DNA of 64,000 nt, taken from the NCBI GenBank assembly GCA_050173015.1, contig JBFXLE010000003.1, forward strand, positions 1-64,000, written 5' to 3'. A program made the translations under genes and the position numbers. Below are positions 18,289 to 29,121 of this stretch, piece after piece. The DNA is from Calditrichaceae bacterium. GTDB taxonomy: Bacteria > Calditrichota > Calditrichia > Calditrichales > JBFXGD01. Each line of letters begins with the position of its first letter. Within the stretch, counting starts at the first letter, position 1. The notes below the pieces were generated by a model. It was not told where the DNA came from and made no database searches. It saw nothing but the letters and a program-made list of their open reading frames with translations.

Positions 18289-19374
18289 ATGAATAAAAAT
18301 GATCTGATAAAAAATTTTAGTATCGGATTTCTCCCGATCCTTGTCTTTATCGTAGCAGACGAATTTTTTGGTCCTGTCATCGGAATAATAGTAGCAATCA
18401 TAACCGGTATTGTTGAACTGCTTTATCATTATATTCGGTACCGGATCATCGAAAAATTTGTATTTTTTGATACGGGTCTGATTATCTTTATGGGCGGTAT
18501 TTCACTTATTTTACACGATGAAATTTTTTTCAAATTAAAACCCGCCCTGATTGAACTGATCATCGTAATTTTATTCGGAATTCATGCATTTTCTTCCAGA
18601 CCGATATTGCTGATGCTTGGCAAAAGGTATCTTGGAGATCAACAAATAGTACCGGAACAGGCCCGGCTCTTCAGGATGCTGAGCCGTCTTTTGTTTTTTA
18701 TCCTGCTAATTCATACCATCCTCATTGTTTACTCCGCGTATTTCTGGAGCAGCGAGGTCTGGGCCTTCATCTCCGGCGGGCTTTTCTACATCATTATGGG
18801 CCTTGTCTTGGCAGGCCAATGGCTTTATCTGAAATATATCAGACCGGGGAAACCGGCAGCCGCGGCCGTTGACAATGAAGAATGGTTCGATATCGTCGAT
18901 GAGAAAGGAAATATCAGGGGTCGGGCCCCCCGAAACGCGGTTCACGGAAACCCCGAACTGATTCATCCTACGGTACATATACATATTTTTAACAGCCAGG
19001 GTAAGCTGTATCTGCAGAAACGCGCCGCGGGAAAAGATTTGTTTCCCGGTTACTGGGATACGTCAGTCGGAGGCCATGTTTCTTCCGGTGAATCCGTTCA
19101 ACAGGCGCTTCTCCGCGAAGCAAAGGAGGAATTGGGAATTGACGCGAGTCAGGCAAAAACCCTTTTCAGATATGTTATGAAAAACCACTGGGAAAGCGAA
19201 CTGGTGCATACATTCAAACTAAATTATGACGGCCCGTTCAAAATAAACAAAGATGAGATCGAAACAGGACAATTCTGGTCTGTTTTTGAAATCCGGAAAA
19301 TGATCGGCAGCAATATTTTCACCCCGAATTTTGAACAGGAATTTGAGTTACTCCAAAAATATAAAATAATCTGA
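18289..19374 (+). CDS. YciB/IspZ-like membrane domain fused to a Nudix (IDI/YfcD-like) domain
   Basis: TM region with HDEIFFKLKP; Nudix box GESVQQALLREAKEELG; LYLQKR, PGYWDTSVGGH; start at M28 of track ORF. Confidence 0.85.
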   Translation: MNKNDLIKNFSIGFLPILVFIVADEFFGPVIGIIVAIITGIVELLYHYIRYRIIEKFVFFDTGLIIFMGGISLILHDEIFFKLKPALIELIIVILFGIHAFSSRPILLMLGKRYLGDQQIVPEQARLFRMLSRLLFFILLIHTILIVYSAYFWSSEVWAFISGGLFYIIMGLVLAGQWLYLKYIRPGKPAAAAVDNEEWFDIVDEKGNIRGRAPRNAVHGNPELIHPTVHIHIFNSQGKLYLQKRAAGKDLFPGYWDTSVGGHVSSGESVQQALLREAKEELGIDASQAKTLFRYVMKNHWESELVHTFKLNYDGPFKINKDEIETGQFWSVFEIRKMIGSNIFTPNFEQEFELLQKYKII

Positions 19375-19415
19375 TTGTTCATTTACAAATATAAAACTAA
19401 GGATTTGATTCGACC

Positions 19416-20192
19416 ATGGGCATTTTAAAAATGGAAAACATTCTTATTGAGAAAAAAAACAATATCTCAATTCTGACACTGAACAGACCGGATAAACATA
19501 ACGCTTTAAACTATTCCCTGCTGAAAGAATTGCAATCGGCGTTCAGAGATTTATCGGGTGATAAATCTGTCCGGCTGCTCATCATCACCGGCGCCGGGGA
19601 TAAATCATTTTCGACCGGTGTGGATCTTGGCGATCTGGCCGGATTCAGCAATATTGAAGAGGCCCGTGATTTTGCGCTGCAGCTTGAACAAACGATGAAG
19701 GAAATGCTCCGGTTTCCAAAACCGGTTATAGCGGCAATGAACGGCTATGCGCTCGGCGGTGGATTCGGGCTGGCATCATCGGCGGACATGCGTATCATGA
19801 TTGATTCGGGAAAAATCGGATTCCCGGCGGTTCGCCTGGGCGCTATCCTTCCTGTCGGGTGTACCTTGCGTCTGAATGCCCTTGTCGGCATCGGCAGAAG
19901 CAGGGAACTTCTGATGACAGGCAGAATGGTGGAGGCGCGGGAAGCTATCACAATGGGTCTGGTGGACCTGCTGGCGGCTCCGGAGAAATTACTGGAGAAG
20001 TCTGTTCAAACGGCTGAGAACATCCTGCAGGGGTCTGATCTTGCCCTGGAGATGACAAAACGCGTGACTAATCAGCAATTACTGGTTGATATTGAAAAAT
20101 ATTCCGTTTCCGCGGCTGAAAACTTCGCCTATCTGGCTTCCACAAAGGAATGGAAAGTCAGAATGGAAGAATTCTTCGAGAACAAAAAATAG
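19416..20192 (+). CDS. Enoyl-CoA hydratase/isomerase superfamily protein
   Basis: LNRPDKHNAL, FSTGVDL, KPVIAAMNGYALGGG; catalytic Glu positions are substituted. Confidence 0.88.
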   Translation: MGILKMENILIEKKNNISILTLNRPDKHNALNYSLLKELQSAFRDLSGDKSVRLLIITGAGDKSFSTGVDLGDLAGFSNIEEARDFALQLEQTMKEMLRFPKPVIAAMNGYALGGGFGLASSADMRIMIDSGKIGFPAVRLGAILPVGCTLRLNALVGIGRSRELLMTGRMVEAREAITMGLVDLLAAPEKLLEKSVQTAENILQGSDLALEMTKRVTNQQLLVDIEKYSVSAAENFAYLASTKEWKVRMEEFFENKK

Positions 20193-20214
20193 ACGTTCGA
20201 CTGCCAGTCTCTGG

Positions 20215-22197
20215 TCATCTGGTGAGCACAAGTTTACGTGTCTGGATCGATTCACCCGCCTGGACACGGACAAAATAAATGCCGCTCGATCTGTTCAGGG
20301 CGTTCCATTTAATTTGATGTGTGCCCCTGCCAAAATTTTCTTTATTCGCCAGCGTTTCTACCTTTTTTCCAAGAATATCATAAATAGACACCGATACCGG
20401 CGTGGATGAAGGCAGAAAAAATTCGATGGTAGTGGTCGGGTTGAACGGATTCGGGAAAACTCCTGAAATCTCAAAAGCATCCGGTAAATTTACAGGATCA
20501 TCTCCCGGTAAAGATAATGGATGCTGCGTAGTCTGCTTGAGAATCCATCTATCCGGATCCAATATGACTGAACTCGGCTCTGAACCGACGATCAATTCAA
20601 AAGTCTGACTCTCTAAAGAATCCTTAACTACAAATAACTCAGTTCCGGAGGTTGTGGTAATTTCTATATCCACCGGCATTGTAAATAAACCGGTATTTGT
20701 TTGAATTTGTTTGATTTCCAACGTTAATTTGTAATTATCTCCCTGATTATCCGCTCTCCATCCGTATGAGTAATAAGGATAGTATTCGCCATAAATCCAT
20801 TGCTGAAAAAATTTCTCAAGATCCATTCCCGAAACCGTCTCACACAGTTCCTGAAATTGCGGGGTCTTGACTGTTGAGTACTGATGACGGGGATCTTCAT
20901 AATATGTTTTGAGAATGCTAAAAAAACTGCTGTCCCCAACCACATGGCGCAGCATGTGCAGAACGTATGAAGCCTTGTTATAACTTAATCCGCTGTGAAA
21001 AATTCTGGACACGCTGGTCGTATCAGCGACGAAAATCGTTCCCCCTCCATAGTAGGCGTTACCGTCAATTTCAGCCTGATATCTGTCAAATCCTCCGATC
21101 GCCTCCCAGTAGAGGGCTTCCGAGTACGTGGCAAATCCCTCGTTTAGCCAGATATTTTTAAAATCGGCGCAAGTGACCATATCTCCCCACCATTGATGGG
21201 CTAATTCATGCACAATGAGATTTACAGAGTAATATCCGTTTGAAGAATTAATGCTACCCAGACTCGTACATGTCTGATGTTCCATTCCCCCTCCCCAGGG
21301 GAATTCCACATGTCCGTATTTTTCATCTAAAAATGGATATTCGCCAAACAAACCCGAAAAAATTTCAATCATTTCCCTGGTTTTTAAAAAATTGAACTTA
21401 GAATTCTCAAGATGGTCCGGAGCGACATAGAAATCTATCGGCATGGAATCTTCTTCTGTCGTTACATACCAGTCGGTATATTTCACATATTCATAGGCGG
21501 CAATGGATACGAGATATGTGCTGATCGGATAACGCACTTTCCAGTGGAAGGTGCTCGTTCCGTTTCCGTTGTCAACTTCTGTTGTAAGGACTCCGTTTGA
21601 AACAGCGATCATCGGATCCGGTACCGTAAATCTGATATCAACGCTATCCGCCTTATCCGCCGGGGCATCTTTACAAGGCCACCACGCGCGCGCGCCGTAC
21701 GGCTCGCTTAAACTCCAGATAAGCGGTTTACTGTTATATTCGGTGAATCCAAACGCGCCAAATCCGGTTGACTCCGGATTCCCGTGATAATAAACGGTTA
21801 CGCTGGTCGCTTCACCCTGGGTGAAATTCCGGCTGAGAGATACCGTCAACAGGTCATCTCCCCTGGTGAAGGATGTTTTCGTATTCTCATTAAATACCGA
21901 GTCCACAAGCATCCCGTCTGCCAGATTTAAATCAACCGACTCCAGATTCGCGACGGTAATATCCAGATTCACCGTCACCCTTCCCCGGATCCCCTGTACT
22001 CTTTCCGGATCCGGTTCGATATCAAGATCAATCAAATAATATTTTACGTCATAGCCGGCCTGATTTTCTGTCGTCCCGGCAGGCTGAGCCCATTTTTTTA
22101 GGATTTCAGCCTTTCTCTTTGATTCATCCAGAATATGCTGCTTCTGGCCGAAGGCAATATTTATCAGCAAAAATAAAATAAGGTAGAAATAACGCAT
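20215..22197 (-). CDS. Secreted M1-family aminopeptidase with T9SS/FlgD-type C-terminal domain
   Basis: Signal peptide; GGMEHQ, HELAHQWWG, WLNEGFA; FPNPFNP...SSGIYF. Confidence 0.92.
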   Translation of the reverse strand: MRYFYLILFLLINIAFGQKQHILDESKRKAEILKKWAQPAGTTENQAGYDVKYYLIDLDIEPDPERVQGIRGRVTVNLDITVANLESVDLNLADGMLVDSVFNENTKTSFTRGDDLLTVSLSRNFTQGEATSVTVYYHGNPESTGFGAFGFTEYNSKPLIWSLSEPYGARAWWPCKDAPADKADSVDIRFTVPDPMIAVSNGVLTTEVDNGNGTSTFHWKVRYPISTYLVSIAAYEYVKYTDWYVTTEEDSMPIDFYVAPDHLENSKFNFLKTREMIEIFSGLFGEYPFLDEKYGHVEFPWGGGMEHQTCTSLGSINSSNGYYSVNLIVHELAHQWWGDMVTCADFKNIWLNEGFATYSEALYWEAIGGFDRYQAEIDGNAYYGGGTIFVADTTSVSRIFHSGLSYNKASYVLHMLRHVVGDSSFFSILKTYYEDPRHQYSTVKTPQFQELCETVSGMDLEKFFQQWIYGEYYPYYSYGWRADNQGDNYKLTLEIKQIQTNTGLFTMPVDIEITTTSGTELFVVKDSLESQTFELIVGSEPSSVILDPDRWILKQTTQHPLSLPGDDPVNLPDAFEISGVFPNPFNPTTTIEFFLPSSTPVSVSIYDILGKKVETLANKENFGRGTHQIKWNALNRSSGIYFVRVQAGESIQTRKLVLTR

Positions 22198-22310
22198 AGA
22201 TCCCCAGGTATGTTAATGGATCGGATTATTTAGTAACCTATTTTAGATTAATACATCAAAAAGTAAAGAATTGTTTCAATCATATAATCTTTCCGGAAAA
22301 ATATACAACA

Positions 22311-23585
22311 ATGATTCCCAATCCAAAAGAAGAACAAAAAAAATACCGTCACAATTTCTTTTCTTTTTTGTGGCACGGTGTGTTTCTGCATATTTCCGCG
22401 GCATTCACACAGATTACTACCGTTCAAACGGCTTTTATATATACGTTGACCGGGTCATCGTTTCTTGCCGGACTCCTGCTGTCCGCGAATCGTATCGGCA
22501 GTATAGCGCCACAGTTATTTTTTATTAACTGGGTTGAACGAAGCAAATATAAGAAATATTTTCTGATAGCCGCTGTGGTAATCAGAGGCATCAGTTTGAT
22601 AAGTGTCGCGGCCATAATATATCTGATCAGTCAGCCTGAAGGCCGTCTGGGCGTCCTTATAATATTCGGGATACTGCTGTTCTTTTTCATGGCGGGCGGC
22701 ATGGGCGATGTCAGTTATTACACGGTGCTTTCAAAAACAGTCGATCCCCGAAAGCGCGGCAAACTTTTTGGACTGCGTTATATGATCGGAGGAATTTTCG
22801 GGCTTGGAGCGGGTTATCTGACAAATCGTATCTTTGAGCATTTTACAGATTTCCCGGTAAATTACGCGATTCTTTACGCTCTTTCCGGTTTTATTCTCCT
22901 GATCGGTGTCGCGGGTTTCGCATCCATAAAGGAGGCACCCGATGCCGCGAAAAAGAATCAGCCACGCTGGTACCAACACTTTCAAATGATCCGGCATAAT
23001 CCCAATTTTGTAAAGTTTATCACGGTTGAAATTTTGCTTTCCACTTCCCACATAGCGCTCCCCCTCTATGTTATTTACGCGGGCAATGTCTTGAAAATGC
23101 CGCTTGAACTGATCGGAATATTTGTCACGGCCCAAATTGCCGGAGAGATTGTTTCCGGACCCTTATGGGGAAAATTAGGGGATAAGATTAATTTCAGGAT
23201 CGTATTATTTTTTATCGGTATAGCGAGCACACTTATCCCGGCGGCGGCTATTTTTCTTCCGCTTATCCATCCTTCACTTTATATCATTGTGTTTTTCCTG
23301 ATCGGCATGACATTTCAGGGATTAACCATCGGTATATCCAACTATCTGCTGGAAATCGCGCCTAAGGACTCCGTTCCGTCTTTTGTCGCGATCAAGAATT
23401 TTCTGCAGCTCCCGACGATTCTTTTTCCCGTTCTCGGAGGCATTCTGGTAAATTATATTTCATATCAATGGATATTTGCGGCTGTCGGCGTCATGCTGCT
23501 ATCCGGCACGTTACTTTCGTCAAACTTATATTGTATCCGGTCTGAATTCAAAGAGAGATTATCGTTCATGCAAATTTTTGATTGA
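22311..23585 (+). CDS. MFS transporter
   Basis: About 12 TM helices, RGKLFG, WGKLGDK. Confidence 0.88.
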   Translation: MIPNPKEEQKKYRHNFFSFLWHGVFLHISAAFTQITTVQTAFIYTLTGSSFLAGLLLSANRIGSIAPQLFFINWVERSKYKKYFLIAAVVIRGISLISVAAIIYLISQPEGRLGVLIIFGILLFFFMAGGMGDVSYYTVLSKTVDPRKRGKLFGLRYMIGGIFGLGAGYLTNRIFEHFTDFPVNYAILYALSGFILLIGVAGFASIKEAPDAAKKNQPRWYQHFQMIRHNPNFVKFITVEILLSTSHIALPLYVIYAGNVLKMPLELIGIFVTAQIAGEIVSGPLWGKLGDKINFRIVLFFIGIASTLIPAAAIFLPLIHPSLYIIVFFLIGMTFQGLTIGISNYLLEIAPKDSVPSFVAIKNFLQLPTILFPVLGGILVNYISYQWIFAAVGVMLLSGTLLSSNLYCIRSEFKERLSFMQIFD

Positions 23586-23644
23586 AGTTAAAAAATGTGT
23601 AGATTTATTTTTATTAATTCTTAATTAACTTCGCCGGAGATACC

Positions 23645-24679
23645 ATGAAAGCAATTAGAATCCATGAGCACGGATCTGTAGAAGTTTTGAAAATTGACGA
23701 TCTGAGCACCCCCGATATTCAACCCGATGAGGTGTTGGTTAAAATTAGGACCGCTGCTTTAAACCACCTGGACATTTTTGTCCGAAACGGTATTCCGGGT
23801 GTCCCTCTGCCCTTGATTATGGGCAGTGACGGCGCCGGGGAAATTGTTGCCTCCGGCAAATTAGTAAGGAATGAATATGATTTTCGGCCGGGAGACGAAA
23901 TCATCACCGTTCCCATAAGATCCTGCGGGAAATGCGGTTATTGTTTATCGGGTGAAGAAAATCTTTGCCGTGAATTTAAAATTCCGGGTGAACATATCGA
24001 CGGAACTCAGGCCGAATACATCGCCGTACCGGCAAAATATATTTTGCGAAAACCAAAATCCCTGAGCTGGGATGAGGCCGCCGCTTTTCCGCTTGCCGCT
24101 ATGACGGCCTATCACATGCTAACCAGAAAAACATCCGTAAAGTCCGGTGACATTCTTTTAATTTACGGCGCTTCGAGCGGTGTGGGAAGCGCGGCAATTC
24201 AATTCGCGAAAGCTAAAGGCGCCACTGTCATAACAACCGCCGGCTCGCCTGAAAAGATGGCTATGGCAAAAAAACTAGGCGCCGACCATGTCATTGATTA
24301 CAAAAATAAACCTGTCGGCAAAACAGTAAAAGAACTGACCGCGGGACGGGGTGTCGATACCGTTATCGAGCATACCGGAGCCGCCACATGGCCGGATTCC
24401 CTGCGCTCTCTCAGTATCGGGGGAAAAATCGTGACCTGTGGGGCGACAACCGGGCCTTATGTAAAAATTGACCTGCGCGCCCTGTTTATTAAACATCAGC
24501 AACTCATCGGTTCAACAATGGGAACACGAAGGGATTTAATCGAAATTTGTGACCTGATTGACCAAGGGAAATTCAAACCTTTGGTTGACGGGCAGTTCCA
24601 ATTTTCAGAAATTAAAGATGCCCATCAGCGGTTAGAAAGCAGTTCACAATCAGGTAAAGTGGTTATCCGTTTTGACTGA
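23645..24679 (+). CDS. Zinc-binding dehydrogenase / MDR oxidoreductase
   Basis: NHLD, GSDGAG, CGKCGYC..ENLC structural Zn site, GASSGVG. Confidence 0.9.
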   Translation: MKAIRIHEHGSVEVLKIDDLSTPDIQPDEVLVKIRTAALNHLDIFVRNGIPGVPLPLIMGSDGAGEIVASGKLVRNEYDFRPGDEIITVPIRSCGKCGYCLSGEENLCREFKIPGEHIDGTQAEYIAVPAKYILRKPKSLSWDEAAAFPLAAMTAYHMLTRKTSVKSGDILLIYGASSGVGSAAIQFAKAKGATVITTAGSPEKMAMAKKLGADHVIDYKNKPVGKTVKELTAGRGVDTVIEHTGAATWPDSLRSLSIGGKIVTCGATTGPYVKIDLRALFIKHQQLIGSTMGTRRDLIEICDLIDQGKFKPLVDGQFQFSEIKDAHQRLESSSQSGKVVIRFD

Positions 24680-24727
24680 TACTCACATTTAATCATATCC
24701 GTGGATATTTAAAAATGAGGACAAAAA

Positions 24728-26710
24728 ATGCAACGATCAAGATTGCGCGTATTCATCCTTCTGTTTTTTTTATTACAGACCCAATATAGTCCTGCTCAGG
24801 ACAGAACCATCACCCCTGAGATTATCGCGTCTCTTAAATCGGTGACCGAAACGGCTATTTCTCCTGACGGCAGACATATTGCCTATACGGTCCGCACCCC
24901 TTCCGCGAATAAAGAAAAGATCGGTAAACCCTCATATCAAATCTGGATTATGGGTAAGGACGGCAAAAATAATCGCCCTTATACCGCGTCCGAATTCAAC
25001 GCGTCTTCAGTCACCTGGATGAAAGACAGCCAGCATATCATTTTTATCAGCCAACGCGGAGAAAATGACAAGAATCAGCTTTATTCATTATCCATTCTGG
25101 GCGGAGAAGCCCGGGCGCTAAGTGAAGAAAAAGAAGGAATCGGCGGATATAAATTATCACCGGATGAAACAATGATCGCCTTCACCCGCACCGACGGCAA
25201 AACAGACGAAGAGAAGGATAATTTTGAATCCGGACATGACTGGAATGTGGTTGACCGTAATTTTAAGTTTAACAGACTATATATCTATAATCTTAAAGAG
25301 CGATCCGCAAATCTGCTTACTACGGAGGACTTACACGTTGATAAATTCGATTGGTCACCGGACAGCAGGAAACTCGTTTTTACGGCGGCGGTAACGCCTC
25401 TGACTGATGACACATATATGCGCAAACAAATTTATACGGTGACTCTGTCCGAAGGAAACCCGAAACCCGCCGTTGAAACAAAAGGCAAGCTTGGCTCCGT
25501 TCAATTTTCTCCTGACGGAAAATATATTGCCTGGACAGGCGCGGTGGATATGTATGATCCCCAATCACAGAGCCTCTTTGTCGCGAGCGAAGGAGGCCCC
25601 GCGATTAATTTGACCGAAAAACACAAAGGTTCTGTCAACTGGTTTAAATGGGGAAATACCGGTAATATTCTTGCTGTCACGGTTGAAAAAACATCCACTT
25701 ATCTTTACTCGATTAATACAAAAGACGGCAACCGCGAGCTCCTCCGTTCCGGACGGCCCATAATACATGATATTGATTTTGACGCGAGAAAAAAAACTTA
25801 TGTGTTTAGAGGGGATACTCCTTTTCATCCGGCCGAAGTATTCTATGCGGAGACCGGGAATAAACAAGCGCGGCGGATGACAAGAATCAATCCGGTACTC
25901 GACTCATTAAAATTGGCCGATCAGATGCCGGTTGAGTACAATGCTCTTGACGGTTGGCTTATCACAGGTGTGGTCATGAAACCGGTTAATTTTGAGAAAA
26001 ACAAACGCTATCCCCTGGTCATCAGTGTCCACGGCGGCCCCGAATCAGCGGTTCTGGACGGCTGGAACACAAGTTACATGAGATGGGGCCAATTACTTGC
26101 CGCCGAGGGTTATGTCGTATTCTGGCCAAATTACAGGGGAAGCACCGGCCGCGGAGTTGATTATTCCAAAGGGGATCAAAAAGACCTGGGTGGACAGGAA
26201 TTTTCAGATGTGATCGCGGGAATTGATTATCTTGCCGATGACCTTAAAATGGTTGATAAAAACAAAGTCGGAATGGGTGGCGGTTCATACGGGGGATATT
26301 TTTCAGCGCTTGCCGCTACTCGGTACACCGGCCATTTTCGGGCAGCCGTCAATTTTGCGGGCATCACAAACTGGATTTCGTTTATGGGCACCAGTGATAT
26401 ACCCATGGAAAATGCGTATGTGCACTGGGGCGTGGATCATCCTTACGACCATATGGATGCCATGTGGACCGGTTCGCCAATGAAGTATATCCGTGATACA
26501 AAAACCGCGGTTCTAATCGTCCATGGCGAAAAAGATCAGCGTGTCCCCATCGGCCAGGCGCATGAAATGTACACCGCATTAAAAATTTTAGATAAAGCTC
26601 CTTATGAAATGATTATCTATCCGAGAGAAGGTCACGGATTGGGTGAATTTTCTCATCAGGTTCATTTTATGACCAAAATCGTCGATTGGTATAATCAGTT
26701 TTTAAAATAG
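24728..26710 (+). CDS. S9-family peptidase (beta-propeller + alpha/beta hydrolase)
   Basis: Signal peptide; SPDG repeats; VHGGP, GGSYGG, GEKDQRV, EGHG. Confidence 0.93.
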   Translation: MQRSRLRVFILLFFLLQTQYSPAQDRTITPEIIASLKSVTETAISPDGRHIAYTVRTPSANKEKIGKPSYQIWIMGKDGKNNRPYTASEFNASSVTWMKDSQHIIFISQRGENDKNQLYSLSILGGEARALSEEKEGIGGYKLSPDETMIAFTRTDGKTDEEKDNFESGHDWNVVDRNFKFNRLYIYNLKERSANLLTTEDLHVDKFDWSPDSRKLVFTAAVTPLTDDTYMRKQIYTVTLSEGNPKPAVETKGKLGSVQFSPDGKYIAWTGAVDMYDPQSQSLFVASEGGPAINLTEKHKGSVNWFKWGNTGNILAVTVEKTSTYLYSINTKDGNRELLRSGRPIIHDIDFDARKKTYVFRGDTPFHPAEVFYAETGNKQARRMTRINPVLDSLKLADQMPVEYNALDGWLITGVVMKPVNFEKNKRYPLVISVHGGPESAVLDGWNTSYMRWGQLLAAEGYVVFWPNYRGSTGRGVDYSKGDQKDLGGQEFSDVIAGIDYLADDLKMVDKNKVGMGGGSYGGYFSALAATRYTGHFRAAVNFAGITNWISFMGTSDIPMENAYVHWGVDHPYDHMDAMWTGSPMKYIRDTKTAVLIVHGEKDQRVPIGQAHEMYTALKILDKAPYEMIIYPREGHGLGEFSHQVHFMTKIVDWYNQFLK

Positions 26711-26885
26711 TTTTCAGGGGGGAGATTCAATGTTGTAGATATCTTGCCCCCTTTCTTTCTGCATTATATCAATGATGGTGAATCAGTAAAAAATATTTTC
26801 GTATCCTTTTTAAATAAAATACATCAAATAGTTAAAGTTAAAAAAACGAGAAAAATAATTCCCTTAAAAATAATTGGAGGATCTT

Positions 26886-27242
26886 GTGACTGAACATTTG
26901 ACAAAAAATGACTTTATATCAAAAGTTTTTAATTTTGAGCAGAATAAAGAGTGGAAATTTGAAGGTGACAAACCTTGTATCATCGATTTTTATGCGGACT
27001 GGTGTCAGCCTTGTAAAATGGTAGCCCCCGTTTTAGAAGAACTTTCTAATGAATTCCAGGGCAAAGTTGATATATTTAAGGTAAACACGGAGCAGGAACA
27101 GGAATTAGCATCGATTTTTGGAATCCAAAGCATTCCGTCCATGCTGTTTGTCCCGATGAATGATAAACCTCAGATGGCTGTAGGCGCTCTGCCAAAAGAA
27201 ACAATTAAACAAGCCATGAAAGAAGTACTAAGCGTAGAATAA
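26886..27242 (+). CDS. trxA: Thioredoxin
   Basis: DFYADWCQPC, SIPS; probable GTG start after GGAGGA. Confidence 0.9.
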   Translation: MTEHLTKNDFISKVFNFEQNKEWKFEGDKPCIIDFYADWCQPCKMVAPVLEELSNEFQGKVDIFKVNTEQEQELASIFGIQSIPSMLFVPMNDKPQMAVGALPKETIKQAMKEVLSVE

Positions 27243-27260
27243 TCCGGAAACAATCTCAAC

Positions 27261-27293
27261 AAAAAAGGGCTGTCAACCGACAGCCCTTTTTTT
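27261..27293. terminator. Bidirectional terminator
   Basis: A6-GGGCTGTC-AACC-GACAGCCC-T7 between convergent genes. Confidence 0.9.
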
Positions 27294-27333
27294 ATTTTCT
27301 ATTCATGAAAATAATTAATTTCTCACCGTGAAG

Positions 27334-29121
27334 TTATAGGGCGCGCGTGGCATTATCCAGCCAGAGTCTTTGCTCTTCGTTTAAATGAGGAGACAGAACC
27401 TTACGCACCCGCGCGTGATAATCATTTAAGTATTCCTTTTCATCCTTGTCGAGCAGAGATATTTCAACAAGATTTAAATCAATCGGACATAAGGTGGGAC
27501 AGTCAAATTTAAAAAACTCAAAGTCATCATTTGATTTTTCATCATCTCTCACAACGTTTACTAAATTCTCAATCCGGATGCCGTATTCACCCGCCTTGTA
27601 ATATCCCGGCTCATTGGATACGATCATCCCGGTTTCCAGCGGTACGCCAATACCTCGGTAATAAGAGATCGCGTGTGGCCCCTCATGAACTCCAAGATAG
27701 GCGCCGACACCGTGCCCTGTCCCGTGACCGTAGTTTAAACCGACATCCCACAATGATTTGCGGGCAATGGTATCAAGCTGGATTCCTGTTGTTCCCCCCG
27801 GGAAACTGGTTAAAGAGAGATCAATATGTCCTTTCAGCACACGTGTGAAGCGGTTTTTCTGCTCATCGGTCGGCTTGCCCAGAGCGACGGTCCTGGTTAT
27901 ATCCGTCGTTCCGTCAAGGTACTGCCCGCCGGAATCGATCAGATAAATACCTTCCGGTTTTAGTTCCACATCCGTTTCAGGGGTGGATGAATAATGAACA
28001 ATGGCGCCGTGTTCCTTATATCCGGAAATGGTTTCAAAGCTGAGTCCCTGAAAAAGTTTATCTTCCGCGCGGAATTTTTCCAGCCGGTCAGCAGAGGAAA
28101 TTTCGGTAACACCACCCGCGGGCACGGCTTTGCCGAGCCAGTGCAGGAATTTTACCATAGCGACGCCGTCCCTTTCATGACAGGCTTTGAACCCCGCCAA
28201 CTCAGTTTCATTTTTACGCGCTTTAAACAATGTGACCGGACTGTCACGATAAAGCAATTCGCAGTCTTTTTCAAGAAAATTTACAACCCATTGATTCACT
28301 GTTCCACCGTCAAGCCAGACTTTTTCTTTTCCCTTCGCCAGATTTACCAGATGATCCCGAAATAAGTTATAGTCATAAATTTCCGCCACGCCTTTAAGGT
28401 AACCCTTGAGTTCCTCATTCACCTTAGCGGGATGCGCGAATAATTTAGCGGAAGATTTCGTGATGATCGCGTATGCAATGACCACCGGATTAAAATCCAC
28501 ATCCTTGCTTCTGATATTAAATGTCCAGGCGATCGCGTCAAGCATCGTCAAAACATGCGCGGTCGCGTCCTCCGCGTTCATTTTTTCACGAATCCGGTTT
28601 AGTTTACTCTCCACCGGCTCACCCGCATATTTAATCGGCCATACCATAATTTTTTCCAGCGGCATTTCCGGACGGTCTTTCCAAATCTCATCGATAAGAT
28701 TATTTTCAATAAATTTCAAACCGATTTTTTTCGCCGCCAGCGAGGCGATAAGTGATGAGATCTCACTATGGGAAATCAGGAGCGGATCGATACCTAAATA
28801 TTGCCCGCCCTTCAACTCATTTCTCAAAAATTCTTTAATTGTCGGAGATCCCTGCACACCTATTTTATACAAGTCAATCGTGGTACCTGATAACTGCTTT
28901 TCCGCCTGCAAAAAATAACGTGAATCTGTCCATAAACCCGCTTTGTTCATCGTGACCACCACATCACCGGCCGAGCCGTCAAATCCGCTTATAAACTGAC
29001 GCCGCTGCCAAAGCGCGGGCAGATATTCGCTTTGATGCGCGTCAGTACTCGGTACAAGATAGGCATCAATTTTATTGTCTTTCATCAATTCGCGTAAAGC
29101 CGCCAAACGTTCTTTAATCAT
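27334..29121 (-). CDS. Aminopeptidase P (M24B, long form)
   Basis: DAHQSEY, DSGGQYLDGTTDITRT, HGTGHG, VHEGP, EPGYY, GIRIEN. Confidence 0.95.
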   Translation of the reverse strand: MIKERLAALRELMKDNKIDAYLVPSTDAHQSEYLPALWQRRQFISGFDGSAGDVVVTMNKAGLWTDSRYFLQAEKQLSGTTIDLYKIGVQGSPTIKEFLRNELKGGQYLGIDPLLISHSEISSLIASLAAKKIGLKFIENNLIDEIWKDRPEMPLEKIMVWPIKYAGEPVESKLNRIREKMNAEDATAHVLTMLDAIAWTFNIRSKDVDFNPVVIAYAIITKSSAKLFAHPAKVNEELKGYLKGVAEIYDYNLFRDHLVNLAKGKEKVWLDGGTVNQWVVNFLEKDCELLYRDSPVTLFKARKNETELAGFKACHERDGVAMVKFLHWLGKAVPAGGVTEISSADRLEKFRAEDKLFQGLSFETISGYKEHGAIVHYSSTPETDVELKPEGIYLIDSGGQYLDGTTDITRTVALGKPTDEQKNRFTRVLKGHIDLSLTSFPGGTTGIQLDTIARKSLWDVGLNYGHGTGHGVGAYLGVHEGPHAISYYRGIGVPLETGMIVSNEPGYYKAGEYGIRIENLVNVVRDDEKSNDDFEFFKFDCPTLCPIDLNLVEISLLDKDEKEYLNDYHARVRKVLSPHLNEEQRLWLDNATRAL

